The notes beneath the pieces are model-generated. The model was given only the letters and a program-made list of their open reading frames with translations, was not told the DNA's origin and did not search any database. Below, piece by piece: positions 38,472-51,112 of a stretch of 64,000 nucleotides of DNA (its first letter is position 1; the number at the start of each line of letters is the position of its first letter). Made by a program: the position numbers and the translations under genes. The stretch is from assembly GCF_963921235.1 (NCBI RefSeq), contig NC_086108.1:64730001-64794000 (forward strand), read 5' to 3'. This stretch comes from Mobula hypostoma. Its lineage: Eukaryota.

Positions 38472-38780
38472 GGGGTGGCACACTAGCATAGAGCACACCT
38501 TGCTGTGCAGCTGTAAGATCAAGGTTCAATTCCCGCCACTATCTATAACAAATTCATACATTCTCCCCACATAGATTTCCTCCGGGTGCTCTGGTTTTCT
38601 TCCACATTCCAAAGATGTACGGTTAAGGTTATTGAGTTGTGAGCATGCTGTGTTGCTACTAGAAGCATGACGACACTTGTAGGCTGCCCAGCAAAATCCA
38701 CAAAAATTGGATTTGCTGCCAGCAATACATTTCACTGTATATTTCAACGTACGTGTGACAAATGAAGCTAATCTAATCTT
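38472..38780 (+). mobile_element. tRNA-derived V-SINE (HE1-like)
   Basis: B box GGTTCAATTCC at 38523-38533; V-domain TTTCCTCCGGGTGCTCTGGTTTTCTTCCACATTCCAAAGA; tail CTAATCTAATCT. Confidence 0.8.
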
Positions 38781-39199
38781 TTAAAAAGTGCTGGGGTGTT
38801 TGGAAGGGTTAATAGAGTAATTGTTATTGAGACTTGCTACAGAGTAGTGTGACTGTATACTGAGTTATAATGCTTACTGGAAAGATAAGAAAAATAGAAG
38901 AAGGGGGGACAGTAGTCATTCGTTAACATGAAATGACAAGTGAGAGAGAATGTAAAGAGAGGTAAGCAGGTAGTAAATTGCTGAGGGTAGGTTAAAATAG
39001 GAAGCTGAATATTACATTGGGGATTGTGTACAGGCCCCCTGTTAGAAGCTGATAAATAGTTGAATATCTCAATGCAACAATAGGAGGAATGGATACCCAA
39101 GGCAGAGTGATTTTAATGCGGGATTTTGGGCTTTATATAAGTATGAATTAGTAGAAATGGTCAAGTTTAAAATGCATTAAAGTTTTAAAGTCACAATGT

Positions 39200-40270
39200 T
39201 GTATGCATAGAAACAGGCGCTTCAGTCCATCTTATCCATGCTGACTCCTTTGACAATCGATGCTGATCCCATTTGCCCAAAATAGGTCTGTATATGTCAA
39301 TTCAGATGTCTGTCTAAATGTCTGTTGGACACAGCAATGGCATTTGACTCAGCCACCTCGTCCGGCAGTGAGTTGCAAAGATCAATCACTTTCTGTGGAG
39401 TGAGAATCTTCAATGATTTCTCTATCTTCCAGTAATTCCCACCCCCACCCCGCTTCTTCCATTCCTCTCTGTGGCTGCCCTCTTCTCTTCTCTTTTCTCC
39501 CCCTCACTTGCCTATCACATACCTCTCTTTTCCTTCCTCCCATGTTCCACTCTCCTTTCCTATCAGGTTCCTTCTTTCCCAGCCCTTTACCTTTTCTACC
39601 TATCACCTCCCAGCGTCTTACTTCCTTCACCCATCTAGTTTGTATTCCTCCCCCCCTCTACTTTCTTATTATGTCTTCTTCCATCTTCCTTTCAGTCCCG
39701 ATTAAGGGTCTCCACCCAAAACATCAACTGTCCATTCATTTCCATAGATGTGGCCTGATCTGCTGAGTTCTTGCCGCATTTTGTATGTATTACCTCTCAC
39801 CTTGAACTGATTTTTTTTCTCTTATGATGCAGCAACCAGAACTACCTCAGCCACAGTTTAATCAGTGTTTTGTAAAGTTGCAATAAAACGTCCCAACTTT
39901 TATATTCTATATTCTGACTTAGAAATTTGAGTGTTCCACATCCTTTCTTCACCACTCTATCTACCTATGTTGCCACTTACAGGGAAGTATGAAACCGAAG
40001 ATCCCTCTGTTTATCAAAATCTCTCAGCATCCTACCATTTACTCTAGATGTCCTTCCCCTATTTGATGTCCCAAAATGCATCACCTTGCACTTGTTGGGA
40101 TTCAATTCCATCTCCAATGTTTATCCATCTTTCTATCTGATCGATATCTTGCCTCAGGCATCCATCCTTGCTATCCATAGAGCTATTGAATTTTGTGTTG
40201 TCCTCAAATGTATGAATCATATATCCTACATTCACATCCAGTTTGTTGACGTATCTCACAAGTAACAGGA
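39200..40270 (-). mobile_element. Old CR1 3' half, interrupted by a PLE end
   Basis: Inverse tail CATAGAAACAGGCGCTTCAGTCC; minus ORF YVNKLDVNVGYMIHTFEDNTK (FADDTK-like). Confidence 0.6.
39400..39790 (+). mobile_element. Old PLE 3' end with decayed hammerhead motif
   Basis: Pyrimidine tract, then CAGTCCCGATTAAGGGTCTCCACCCAAAACATCAACTG..TGCTGAGTTC. Confidence 0.7.
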
Positions 40271-41488
40271 ACAAAAATGGGTGACGGGGGACTGGGAGGA
40301 GACGATGGGAAGGGGATTGTAATACTGGCTATCATTCCCCTGTACTCTGTCCTGATGCAAGTCTTGACCCGAAACATCAACAATCCTTTCCCACTACAGA
40401 TACTGCTTAATGTGATGATTTCCTCCAGCAGATTTTTTTATATTACTGAACTCTTACTAACTCTCTTTTAAAAGACTCCCCCCTGCCATCTGTCATTTTA
40501 ATGTAGGAATCTGCTCCCAATCTATTTTCATCAGCTCCTCATATTATATCAAAATTATCCTTACACCTGTTCAAGACCTTAACTTGAGGACCAACATTAT
40601 TTCTTTCCATAATAATGGTCAGGGTTCCTAAAGTGTCGTCTTCCCCCCCGTCCCAGTGATACTTTCATTACTTGACCAATTACATTACCTAAAATGACTA
40701 CTATCTCTAGTAGAACTCCACACATTGTCCCAAAAGACTTTCTTAGACACACCTAACAAATCCTTCCTCATCTTGGTCGCTTTCACTAAAGCAATCTCAG
40801 TCAATATTGGGACAATAACAACAACGCCCCCCCCCCCAATCCCCAACTACTATAATGCTTTCACTCTTTGGCTTACATGTTCATTCCTCTGATTCCCAGT
40901 GACTGTTGGGAGGGTGAAAGTATAACTCCAGCAAAGTAGTCATTACTCTCATTCCTTACTTCTACCCATATGGTCCATTAGATGATTTCCCAAGGATTGT
41001 GAGTTTGTTGAGAATAATTTTCAACACATTATCCTGGAACCAAGAGATAGAATAAATTAGATTTGATTATGAGGAAAAAGACAGACTTAGTTAATAACTT
41101 AATGATGTGCAAATATTTATTTAATACACTTCATATTACACTCTAACCATATGATTTAGGAGAGGAGTAGGCCATTTGACTACCCAAGCCTACCCTACAA
41201 TTTATAAGATCAAGGCTGATCTGATTACTACATTCCTGCTTACAATGGTAATCTATAAATTCCTTTCTGATTGTGAATCTACCTATGCTTTAAAACATTC
41301 AGTCTGCTTCCACAGCCCTGAAAAGAGTTTCAACCTTTTATTTCTCATTAGTGACCACTTAGTTCTGAATTTCCAAAAAGAGAAAACATCTGCTCCCAGT
41401 AAACATCATCAGGGTCAATCAGGATTTTATGTATTTCAAATTAATGCCGCTTGTTCTTTTAAACTCTAAATGGATACAAGTCCAGTCT

Positions 41489-41715
41489 CACACATCAAAG
41501 TTGCTGGTGAACGCAGCAGGCCAGGCAGCATCTCTAGGAAGAGGTGCAGTCGACGTTTCAGGCCGAGACCCTGACGAGTCAGGACGAAGGGTCTCGGCCT
41601 GAAACGTCGACTGCACCTCTTCCTAGAGATACTGCCTGGCCTGCTGTGTTCACCAGCAGCTTTGATGTGTGTTGCTTGAATTTCCAGCATCTGCAGAATT
41701 CCTGTTGTTTGCATT
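41489..41715. mobile_element. Miniature fold-back PLE-end insertion (84-bp arms)
   Basis: Arms 41489-41572 and 41588-41671 with 3 mismatches, 15-nt loop, 44-nt unpaired tail. TSD TACAAGTCCAG(T/C)CT at 41475-41488 and 41716-41729. Confidence 0.93.
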
Positions 41716-41751
41716 TACAAGTCCAGCCTGTTGAACATTTCCTCAGAGTAT

Positions 41752-42300
41752 TTGAATTGGAGTTGTTTTATTATTGTCGCATGTACCAAGGTACAGTGAA
41801 AAACTTGTCTTGTGTACTATTCCTACAGATCAAGTTATGACATAGTGCATTGAGGTAGTGCAAGGTAAAATAACAACAGAATGCAGAATAATGTGTAACA
41901 GGTACAGAGAAAGTACAGTGCAGGAAAACAGTAAAGAACAAGATCATAACAAAGTAGATTGTGAGGTCAAGAGTCCATCTTATCTTGGGAACCATTCACT
42001 ATTCTTATAATAACAGGGTAAATGCTATCCTTGAGCCTGTTAGTACAGACTTTTTGAGGCTTTTGTATGTATCTTCTGCCTAATGGAAGAGGGGAGAAGA
42101 GAAAATTCCAGAGTGGATGGAATCTTTCATTATGTTGCCTGCTTTACTGAGGCCCTGAGAACTATAGACAGAGTCCATGGAGGGGAGGCTGGTTTATGTG
42201 ATGTGCTAAGCTGTATTGACAGCTCTCTGCAGCTTCTTGCAGATACAGGCAGAGTAGTTGCCTTACCAAGCCATGATGAACCGGATAGGATGCTTCCTGT
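41752..42300 (-). mobile_element. Rex1/Babar-like LINE 3' portion
   Basis: Inverse tail TGAATTGGAGTTGTTTTATTATTGTC; minus ORF SILSGSSWLGKATT..RELSIQLST. Confidence 0.7.
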
Positions 42301-43650
42301 TAGTAACCCTCGTCTAAAGTGCTTCCAGAGCATTTATATCCTTCCTCAATAAGGAAACCAAGACTATATGCAACACTCCAGAATGTAATCACATCAATAC
42401 CCTACAAAGGAACTGTATCCTTTCTTTGTTTGCATTCATCTCCCCATCAATAAATTCTGCCTATTTACCTAATTGTTTGCTGTGCCTGTATACTCAACTT
42501 CTGCAAATCATGCATCAGCATAACCAGATCCATTTGCATCTTGGGGCACCGTAATATTTCACCATTTAAATAGGCTTTTAAAAAATTTCTCCTCCCATCA
42601 TAAATAACTTCACATTTTTCCTAGAATATTCTCCATTAGCTCACCTGCATATTTGATCTATATGCCTTTGTAGCCTCTCTATATCCTCTTCACAACTTGC
42701 ATTCATGCCCATCTTTGTGTCATTAGCAAATGTAGCAATATTATCTTCAGAGTTTTATTTCAAAATCATTGAGGTGATTGAGGTTATAGTTTTTGAAAGA
42801 CAGAACCATAGATTCTGGGATTCTAGGCTAAAATGAATTTCAATTTAATGAAGTAGAAATATCCAAAGTAAATTGGAAAAAATCTGTTGATTGATAAAAT
42901 ATCATGGACCCTGGTGGCAGGTAATTTAAAAAGCTTATTTATTGTGATCTTTACCATTTGTATTTGTTGAACCAGAGTAAACAAAAATTTAATGCCCAAA
43001 ATGCAAAAATTACAGCAAACTGTGGCAACCAGTAGAGATATGAACACAACAAATATGATTAAAATTGTGCAGCTGCAAAAGAGAACATGAAAATAATATT
43101 ATAAGGCATGCCAAAAGAAACATTTTTCACATGAGCAAAATAACAGAAAACCCTAGAAACTTTTTACATGTTAGAAAAAAAAAGGGTGATCAAGAGCAAT
43201 GTGGGCTCAGTGGAAAGCTATAGTAGTAAGTTCGTAAATGAAAATATGGGAGTAGATATGTTGGTCAATTACCTTGAATTGGTATTTAAGTACAGGAGAA
43301 TAGATTGTCAGATATGCCAACAAAACAGAAGTGAGTTTTTCAGCAAGTAAAATATGATGAAAATAACAACATCAAAGTAACAAATCCCTTGTGCCAAAGT
43401 AATTTCTCTCCAAGGTTAAAGCATATTGGTTAGGATGTTGTAGATCCTCCTACTATAACCTCCACAGTTATCTCAACTTGTGCAGATCTCTCTGCTAAAT
43501 AAGTAAGGTGTTTCAGAGAACAAGCAAATCATACAACCAAAAGAAATACAGTATAGAAACAAGAGCTTCATCCACCCGATCCAGACTGTCAAGCACCATT
43601 TTTACACTAATTTTGTCTTAACCCATTTTATTCTCCCCATATTCCCATCA

Positions 43651-46410
43651 AGTATAAGAAATAAAGTGGATGAGCTTGAGGCTCACTTGGAAATTGGCAA
43701 ATATGATGTTGTAGGAATAACAGAGATATGGCTGCAAGAGAACCAGGGCTGGGAAATGAATATTCAAGGGTATACGTCCTATCAAAAGGACAGACAGGTG
43801 GGCAGAGGGGGTGGGGTGGCTCTGTTGGTGAGGAATGAAATTCAGTCCCTTGTGAGGCGCGACATAGAATCAGGAGATGTAGAGTCAGTATGGATAGAAC
43901 TGAGAAATTGTAAGGGCAAAAAGACCCTGATGGGAGTTATCTACAGGCCCCCAAACAGTAGCCTGGATATAGGGTGCAAGTCGAATCAAAAGTTAAAATT
44001 GGCATGTCGTAAAGGTAATGCTACAGTTGTTATGGGGGATTTCAACATGCAGGTAGACTGGGAAAATCAAGTTGGTACTGAACCCCAAGAAAGGGAGTTT
44101 GTGGAGTACCTCCGAGATGGATTCTTAGAGCAGCTTACACAGGAGCCTACCAGGGAGAAGGAAATTCTGGATTTAGTGTTGTGTAATGAACCGGATTTGA
44201 TAAGGGAACTCGAGGTAAAGGAACCATTAGGAGGTAGTGACCAAAATATGATAAGTTATAATCTACAATTTGAGAGGGAGAAGAGAAAATCGGAAGTGTC
44301 AGTAATACAGGTGAACAAAGGGGACTATGGAGCCATGAGGGAGGAGCTGGCCAAAGTTGACTGGAAAGATACCCTAGCAGAGATGACAGTGGAACAACAA
44401 TGGCAGGTATTTCTGGGAATAATACAGAAGGTGCAGGATCAGTTCATTCCAAAGAGGAAGAAAGATTCTAAGGGCAGTAAGGGGCGACCGTGGCTGACAA
44501 GGGAAGTCAACGACAGTATAAAAATAAAAGAGAAGAAGTATAACATAGCAAAGACGAGCGGGAAGCCAGAGGATTGGGAAACTTTTAAAGAGTAACAGAG
44601 GGTAACTATAAAGGCCATACAGAGAGAAAAGATGAGATACGAAGGTAAGCTAGCCAAGAATATAAAGGAGGGATAGTAAAAGCTTCTTTAGGTATGTGAA
44701 GAGGAAAAAATTAGTTAAGACCAAAGTTGAGCCCTTGAAGACAGAAACGGGTGAATTTATTATGGGGAACAAGGAAGTGGCAGACGAGTTGAACAGGTAC
44801 TTTGGATCTGTCTTCACTAGGGAAGACACAAACAATCTCCCAGATGTAATAGTGGCTGGAGGACCCAGGGAAACGGAGGAACTGAAGGAGAGTCACAGGC
44901 AGACAATGGTGTTGGATAGACTGATGGGACTGAAGGGTGATAAATCCCCAGGGCCTGATGGTCTGCACCCAAGGGTACTTAAGGAGGTGACTCTAGAAAT
45001 CTTGGATGCATTGGTAATCATTTTCCAATGTTCTATAGATTCAGGATCAGTTCCTGAGGACTGGAGGGTAGCTAATGTTATCGCACTTTTTAAGAAAGGA
45101 TGGAGAGAGAAAACAGGGAATTATAGTCCAGTTAGCCTGACATCAGTGGTGGGGAAGATGCTGGAATCAATTATAAAAAATGAAATAGTGGCATATTTGG
45201 ATAGCAGTAACAGGATCAGTCCGAGTCAGCATGGATTTAAGAAGGGGAAATCATGCTTGACTAATCTTCTGGAATTTTTTGAGGATGTAACTATGAAAAT
45301 GGACAAGGGAGAGCCAGTGGATGTAGTGTAGCTGGACTTTCAGAAAGCCTTTGATAAGGTCTCACATAGGAGGTTAGTGGGCAAAATTAGAGCACATGGT
45401 ATTGGGGGTAGGGTACTGACATGGATAGAAAATTGATTGGCAGGCAAGAAACAAAGAGTAGGGATTAACGGGTCCCTTTCAGAATGGCAGGCAGTGACTA
45501 GTGGGGTACCGTGAGGCTTGGTGCTGGGACCGCAGCTATTTATAATATACATTAATGATTTAGATGAAGGGATTAAAAGTAACATTAGGAAATTTGCAGA
45601 TGACACAAAGCTGGGTGGCAGTGTGAAATGTGAGGAGGATGTTATGAGAATGCAGGGTGACTTGGACAGGTTGGATGAGTGGGCAGATGCAGTTTAATGT
45701 GGATAAATGTGAGGTTATCCACTTTGGTGGCAAGAACAGGAAGGCTGATTACTATCTGAATGGTGTCAAGTTAGGAAAAGGGGGAGTACAACGAGATCTA
45801 GGTGTCCTTGTTCATCAGTCACTGAAAGTAAGCATGAAGGTACAGCAGGCAGTGAAGAAAGCTAATAGCATGTTGGCCTTCATAACAAGAGGAGTTGAGT
45901 ATAGGAGCAAAGAAGTCCTTCTGCAGTTGTGTGTACAGGGCCCTGGTGAGACCACACCTGGAGTTTTAGTCTCCAAATTTGAGGAAGGACATTCTTGCTA
46001 TTGAGGGAGGGCAGCGTAGGTTCACGAGGTTAATTCCTGGGATGGCGGGTCTGTCATATGTTGAAAGATTGGAGCAACTGGGCTTGTATACACTGGAATT
46101 TAGAAGGATGAGAGGGGATCTGATTCAAACATATAATTATTAAGGGATTGGACATGCTAGAGGCAGGAAACATGTTCCCAATGTTGGGGGAGTCCAGAAC
46201 CAGAGGCCACAGTTTGAGAATAAGGGGTAGGCCATTTAGAACAGTGTTGAGGAAAAACTTTTTCACCCAGTGAGTTGTGGATCTGTGGAATGCTCTGCCT
46301 CAGAAGGCAGTGGAGGCCAATTCTCTGGATGCTTTTAAGAAAGAGTTAGATAGAGCTCTTAATGATAGTGGAGTCAAGGGATGTGGGGAGAAGGCAGGAA
46401 CGGGGTACTG
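43651..46410 (+). pseudogene. CR1 ORF2 (APE endonuclease + reverse transcriptase), disrupted
   Basis: VVGITEIWL, GGGVALLV, IYRPP, VMGDFN, LDLVL, GSDQ; KSPGPDG, NYSPVSLTS, QHGF, DFQKAFDKV, KFADDTKL. Several stops and frameshifts. Confidence 0.95.
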
Positions 46411-46498
46411 ATTGTGGATGATCAGCTGTGATCACAGTGAATGGCGGTGCTGGCTTGAAGGGCCAAATGGCCTACTCCTGCACGTATTGTCTATTGTC
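43651..46498 (+). mobile_element. Young CR1 LINE, near-complete ORF2 plus 3' UTR
   Basis: Starts at SIRNKVDEL; ends in TATTGTC x2; flanked by TCAA (43648-43651 and 46497-46500). Confidence 0.96.
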
Positions 46499-47134
46499 AA
46501 TTCCTCCAAGATTCTACTTCTCATCCGTACACCAGGAGCAGTTTGTAGTGGGTAATCAGAGCGAACCGGATGGATTTGTAAAAGGAATGTCTTACTGGAC
46601 AAGCCTGCTTGAAATTTTGAAGATGTGCTTAAAATAATGGAAAGGCAATGATATAGAGTATCAGGAAGTTTCATATCCCATCAGAAACATTTAGTTAAAT
46701 TGGAAGCTAACTAATATTGACAAATTGTTGTCTTGGCTAAGAAGTTAGCTGAGTAGCAGGAAATAAAAATTGGAGGTAATGTCAGTAAGTGACCAGTGGT
46801 ACTTATAAGGTGCTGGGGTCTCAGTTATTTATTAGCAATGTAAATTACAGTTTTGAATGACATATATGGAGCAATACAAATCAAGGCAGTATTGTTGATG
46901 GAAGCATAGCATTACAGATAGATATTTATAGATTAGATGATTGGACAGAACTATAGCAAATTATCTCATAATGAGGAAACTTTGGCTATTCATCTGCATA
47001 AAAATGTAGAGTATTTTTTTAAAATTGAAAAACAAAAAGCTACAATCAGGAGAGGTCCTAAGAAGCCTAGTTGTCCATTAATATGAGCTGTGTCTTCCTA
47101 CACAGAAGGCCAATAGTAGAAGGAAGTAATATTA

Positions 47135-47664
47135 TAAAGTACTGGTGAGGCTCACTTGGAGTATCGTGAGCAGTTTTGGCCCCCTTATCAGAAAGGATGT
47201 GCTGAAACTGAAGAGAGTTCAAAGGAGGTTTATGAAAACCACTCAAGGATTGTATGACTTGTCGCAGAAAGAGGGCTCGATGGCTCTGGGCCTGTATTCA
47301 TTAGGATGAGGGGTGACTTCATTGAATCCCACCGAATGGTGAAAGGCCTTGATTGAGTGGATGTAGAGAGGATATTTCCTATGGTGGAAGAGTCTAAGAT
47401 CAGGAGGACACAGGCTCAAGATAGAAGGGCATCCTTTTAGAATGGAGATGAGGAGGAATTTCTTTAGCCAGAATGGTGAATCTGTGGAATTCTTTCCCAC
47501 AGGCAGCTGTGGAGGCCAAGTCTTTTATGTATATTTAAGGCAGAGGTTGATAGATTCTTGATTGGTCAGAGCATGAGAACATATGGGGAGAAGTCAGGAG
47601 ATTGGGGCTGGCAGACTCAATGGGCCAAATGACCTAATTCTGCTTCTATATCTTATGGTCTTAT
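47135..47664 (+). mobile_element. CR1 3' fragment
   Basis: YKVLVR..HLEYREQFW..ERVQRRF-like sequence; tail TCTTATGGTCTTAT. Confidence 0.85.
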
Positions 47665-48646
47665 TATGTAGAAACCTTTGGAAAGCTCTGGAAAATATGG
47701 AGTATTATAAGAGTTGCTAGCACTGCACCCTGGCAAGAATGTACTATCCTTTTAGGGAGTACAGTATGCATTTACCAGCATGATATCTAGACTGCTGAGG
47801 GTTATTATGAGAAATTACATAAATCAGAGTTGTGTTTCCTGTAATTTTGAAAGCTAAGGCGTAATTTGTTTTCTGCTTTCAAAATCTTTGTTTTCCTTGA
47901 GACTTAATATAATTAATAATAATGTTGGTGGTGATTGCAATATGAGTGTTGTATGTTATTTGAAAATTTCCAGTTTTATACTCCTGTACAAAAATCCAGA
48001 AAGGATGCAGCATTGAATGTAGATGACAGGGACAGTGATATGGCGATTTACGGTGCGGCAAAAAGAACTATGTAGAATATGGTGATTTCCAGACAGGATA
48101 GAGAAAGTGCAGATTCTGGGGTGCTGTGAGTGAATTTGATTTGACAAATAAGTCTCATTTCTAGCGGATACAAATTTATGTTTCTTCTTATCATGTTTTT
48201 TAAGTAAGTAAATTACGAGCCCCTATTTTTACACGTAGACAGGATAGCTATGACAAAATTAGGAGCTAAATTTTCATGCCTTCACTGTATCCTGATGGTT
48301 GAGGCCTTATAAAGGGATCATGTCTCTGGGCAGATACATTATCCTTCTATCCTTTGTGTGAACCTTTTAGAGCTTATTTCAAAACAAGTCAGAGTTCTTT
48401 GAATTAATTCAGTGCCTCGACTGTTCTATCTAACTTTTGGTGGTCAAATTTTGGCAGGAAAAATAATCAGTAAATCTAATTAAACAGAAAGACGCATTAA
48501 TGCCACAGGCTCTTACAGTATTATATCAGTGGCAATCTGTCTAAAGTATTTATAGGATTGTATATGTTCATATTAAATCAGTTATTTTTGATGATTACTT
48601 TTTTATTATTTCTTATAGATTTTAAAAATGCTTTTAAGTTGTCACT

Positions 48647-49865
48647 ATGACCATAAGATATAGGAGCAGAATTAGACTATTCAGCCCATCATATCTGTTG
48701 CACCAATTCATCATGGCCGATTGATTTCCCTCTCAACCCCTGTATCCTTCCACGCCTTGAGTTATCAAGACTCTCTCAGCCTCCACTGTAAATACACCCA
48801 ATGACCTGGCCTCCACAGCTGCCTGTGGCAATGAATTCCACAGATTCTTCACCCTCTGGCTAAAGAAATTCCTCCTTATTTCTGTTCTAAGTGGATGTCC
48901 TTCTATTCTGAGGTTGTACCATCTGATCGTCGACTCTCCCACCATAGGAAAGATTTTCTCCATGTTCACTCTATCTAGTCCTTTCAACGTTTGATAGGTC
49001 TCCTTGAGATCCCTCTCATTTTTCAAAATTCCAGCAAATACAGGCTCAGAGCCAACATACGCTCCTCATATGACAAGCTCTTCATTCCCAGAATCATTTT
49101 TGTGAACCTCCTTTGAATCTTCTCCAATGTCAGCACATCCTTTCTAAGATAAGGGGCTCAAAACTGCTCACAATACTTCAAGTGAGGCCTCATCAATGCC
49201 TTATAAAGTCTCAGCATTACATCCTTGTCTTTATATTCTGGTTCCCTTGTTATGAATGCTAACATTGCATTTGCCTTCCTCCTCACCAACTCATCCTGCA
49301 AGTTAATCTTTAGGGAATCCTGCATGAGGACTCCCAAGTCCCTTTGCACCTTGAATTTTTGGATTTTCTTCCTGTTTAGAAGATAGTCTACACTTTTATT
49401 CCTTCTACAAAAGTGCATGACCAAACACTTCCCAATACTGTATTCCATTTTCCACTGCTTTACCCATTCTTCAAATCTGTCATAGGCTTTCTGTAACATC
49501 CTTGCTTCCTCAGCACTGCCCACCCTTCCACCTAAGTCTGTATCATCCGCAAATTTGGTCATGAAACCGTCATTTCCATCATCCAAATCATTGACATACA
49601 ATGTAAAAAGAAGCAGTCCCAACACAGACCCCTGTGGAACACCACTAGTCACTGGCAGCCAATCAGAAAAGGCTCCTTTTTATTCCCACACTTTCCTCCT
49701 ACCAATCAGCCCATGCTGTATCCATGCTCGTAGCTTTCCTGTTATACCATGGTCTCTCAGCTTACTAAGAAGCTTCATGTGCAGCACCTTGTCAAAGGCC
49801 TTCTGAAAATCCAAGTAAGCAACATCCACCGATTCTTCTTTGTCCACCCTGCTTGTTATTTCCTC
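48647..49865 (-). mobile_element. CR1 LINE, 5'-truncated
   Basis: TSGVPQGSVLG..YVNDLD..KFADDT..LYKALMRPHLKYCEQF; inverse tail GACCATAAGATATAGGAGCAGAA. Confidence 0.92.
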
Positions 49866-50221
49866 ATTAATATAGTTTATGAATCTAAAATTGTTCTTAC
49901 TAACTTTGACATTACAGAAAGAAAAAAAATACTTTTTGGGCTTTTGGTCCTGCTTAAGTGATGTCCATAAGTCAGTTGAAAGATGCTTAATGTTTTATTG
50001 GCTCACACGTACAAAATGCTGGAGGAACTCAGCAAGTCTGGCAGCATCTATGGAGGGGAATAAACAATCGAAGTTCCAGGCTGAGTCTCTTCATTAATAC
50101 AGGAAAGGAAGGGAACAGGAGGAAGAATAAAAAGGTGGGTTAGGGGAAGGAGTTGAAGTTGGCAGATAATAGATGAGACTAGGTGAGGGGGAAGATGCGT
50201 CCGTAGATGAGGTCTTCTAGG

Positions 50222-51112
<891 letters not shown>

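Noticed and set aside
38472..38545. tRNA gene
   Set aside because: The B box belongs to a SINE head; no cloverleaf.
41851..41871. TGAGGTAGT, resembling the let-7 5' end
   Set aside because: Only 9 nt match, no precursor hairpin, and it lies within a LINE UTR.
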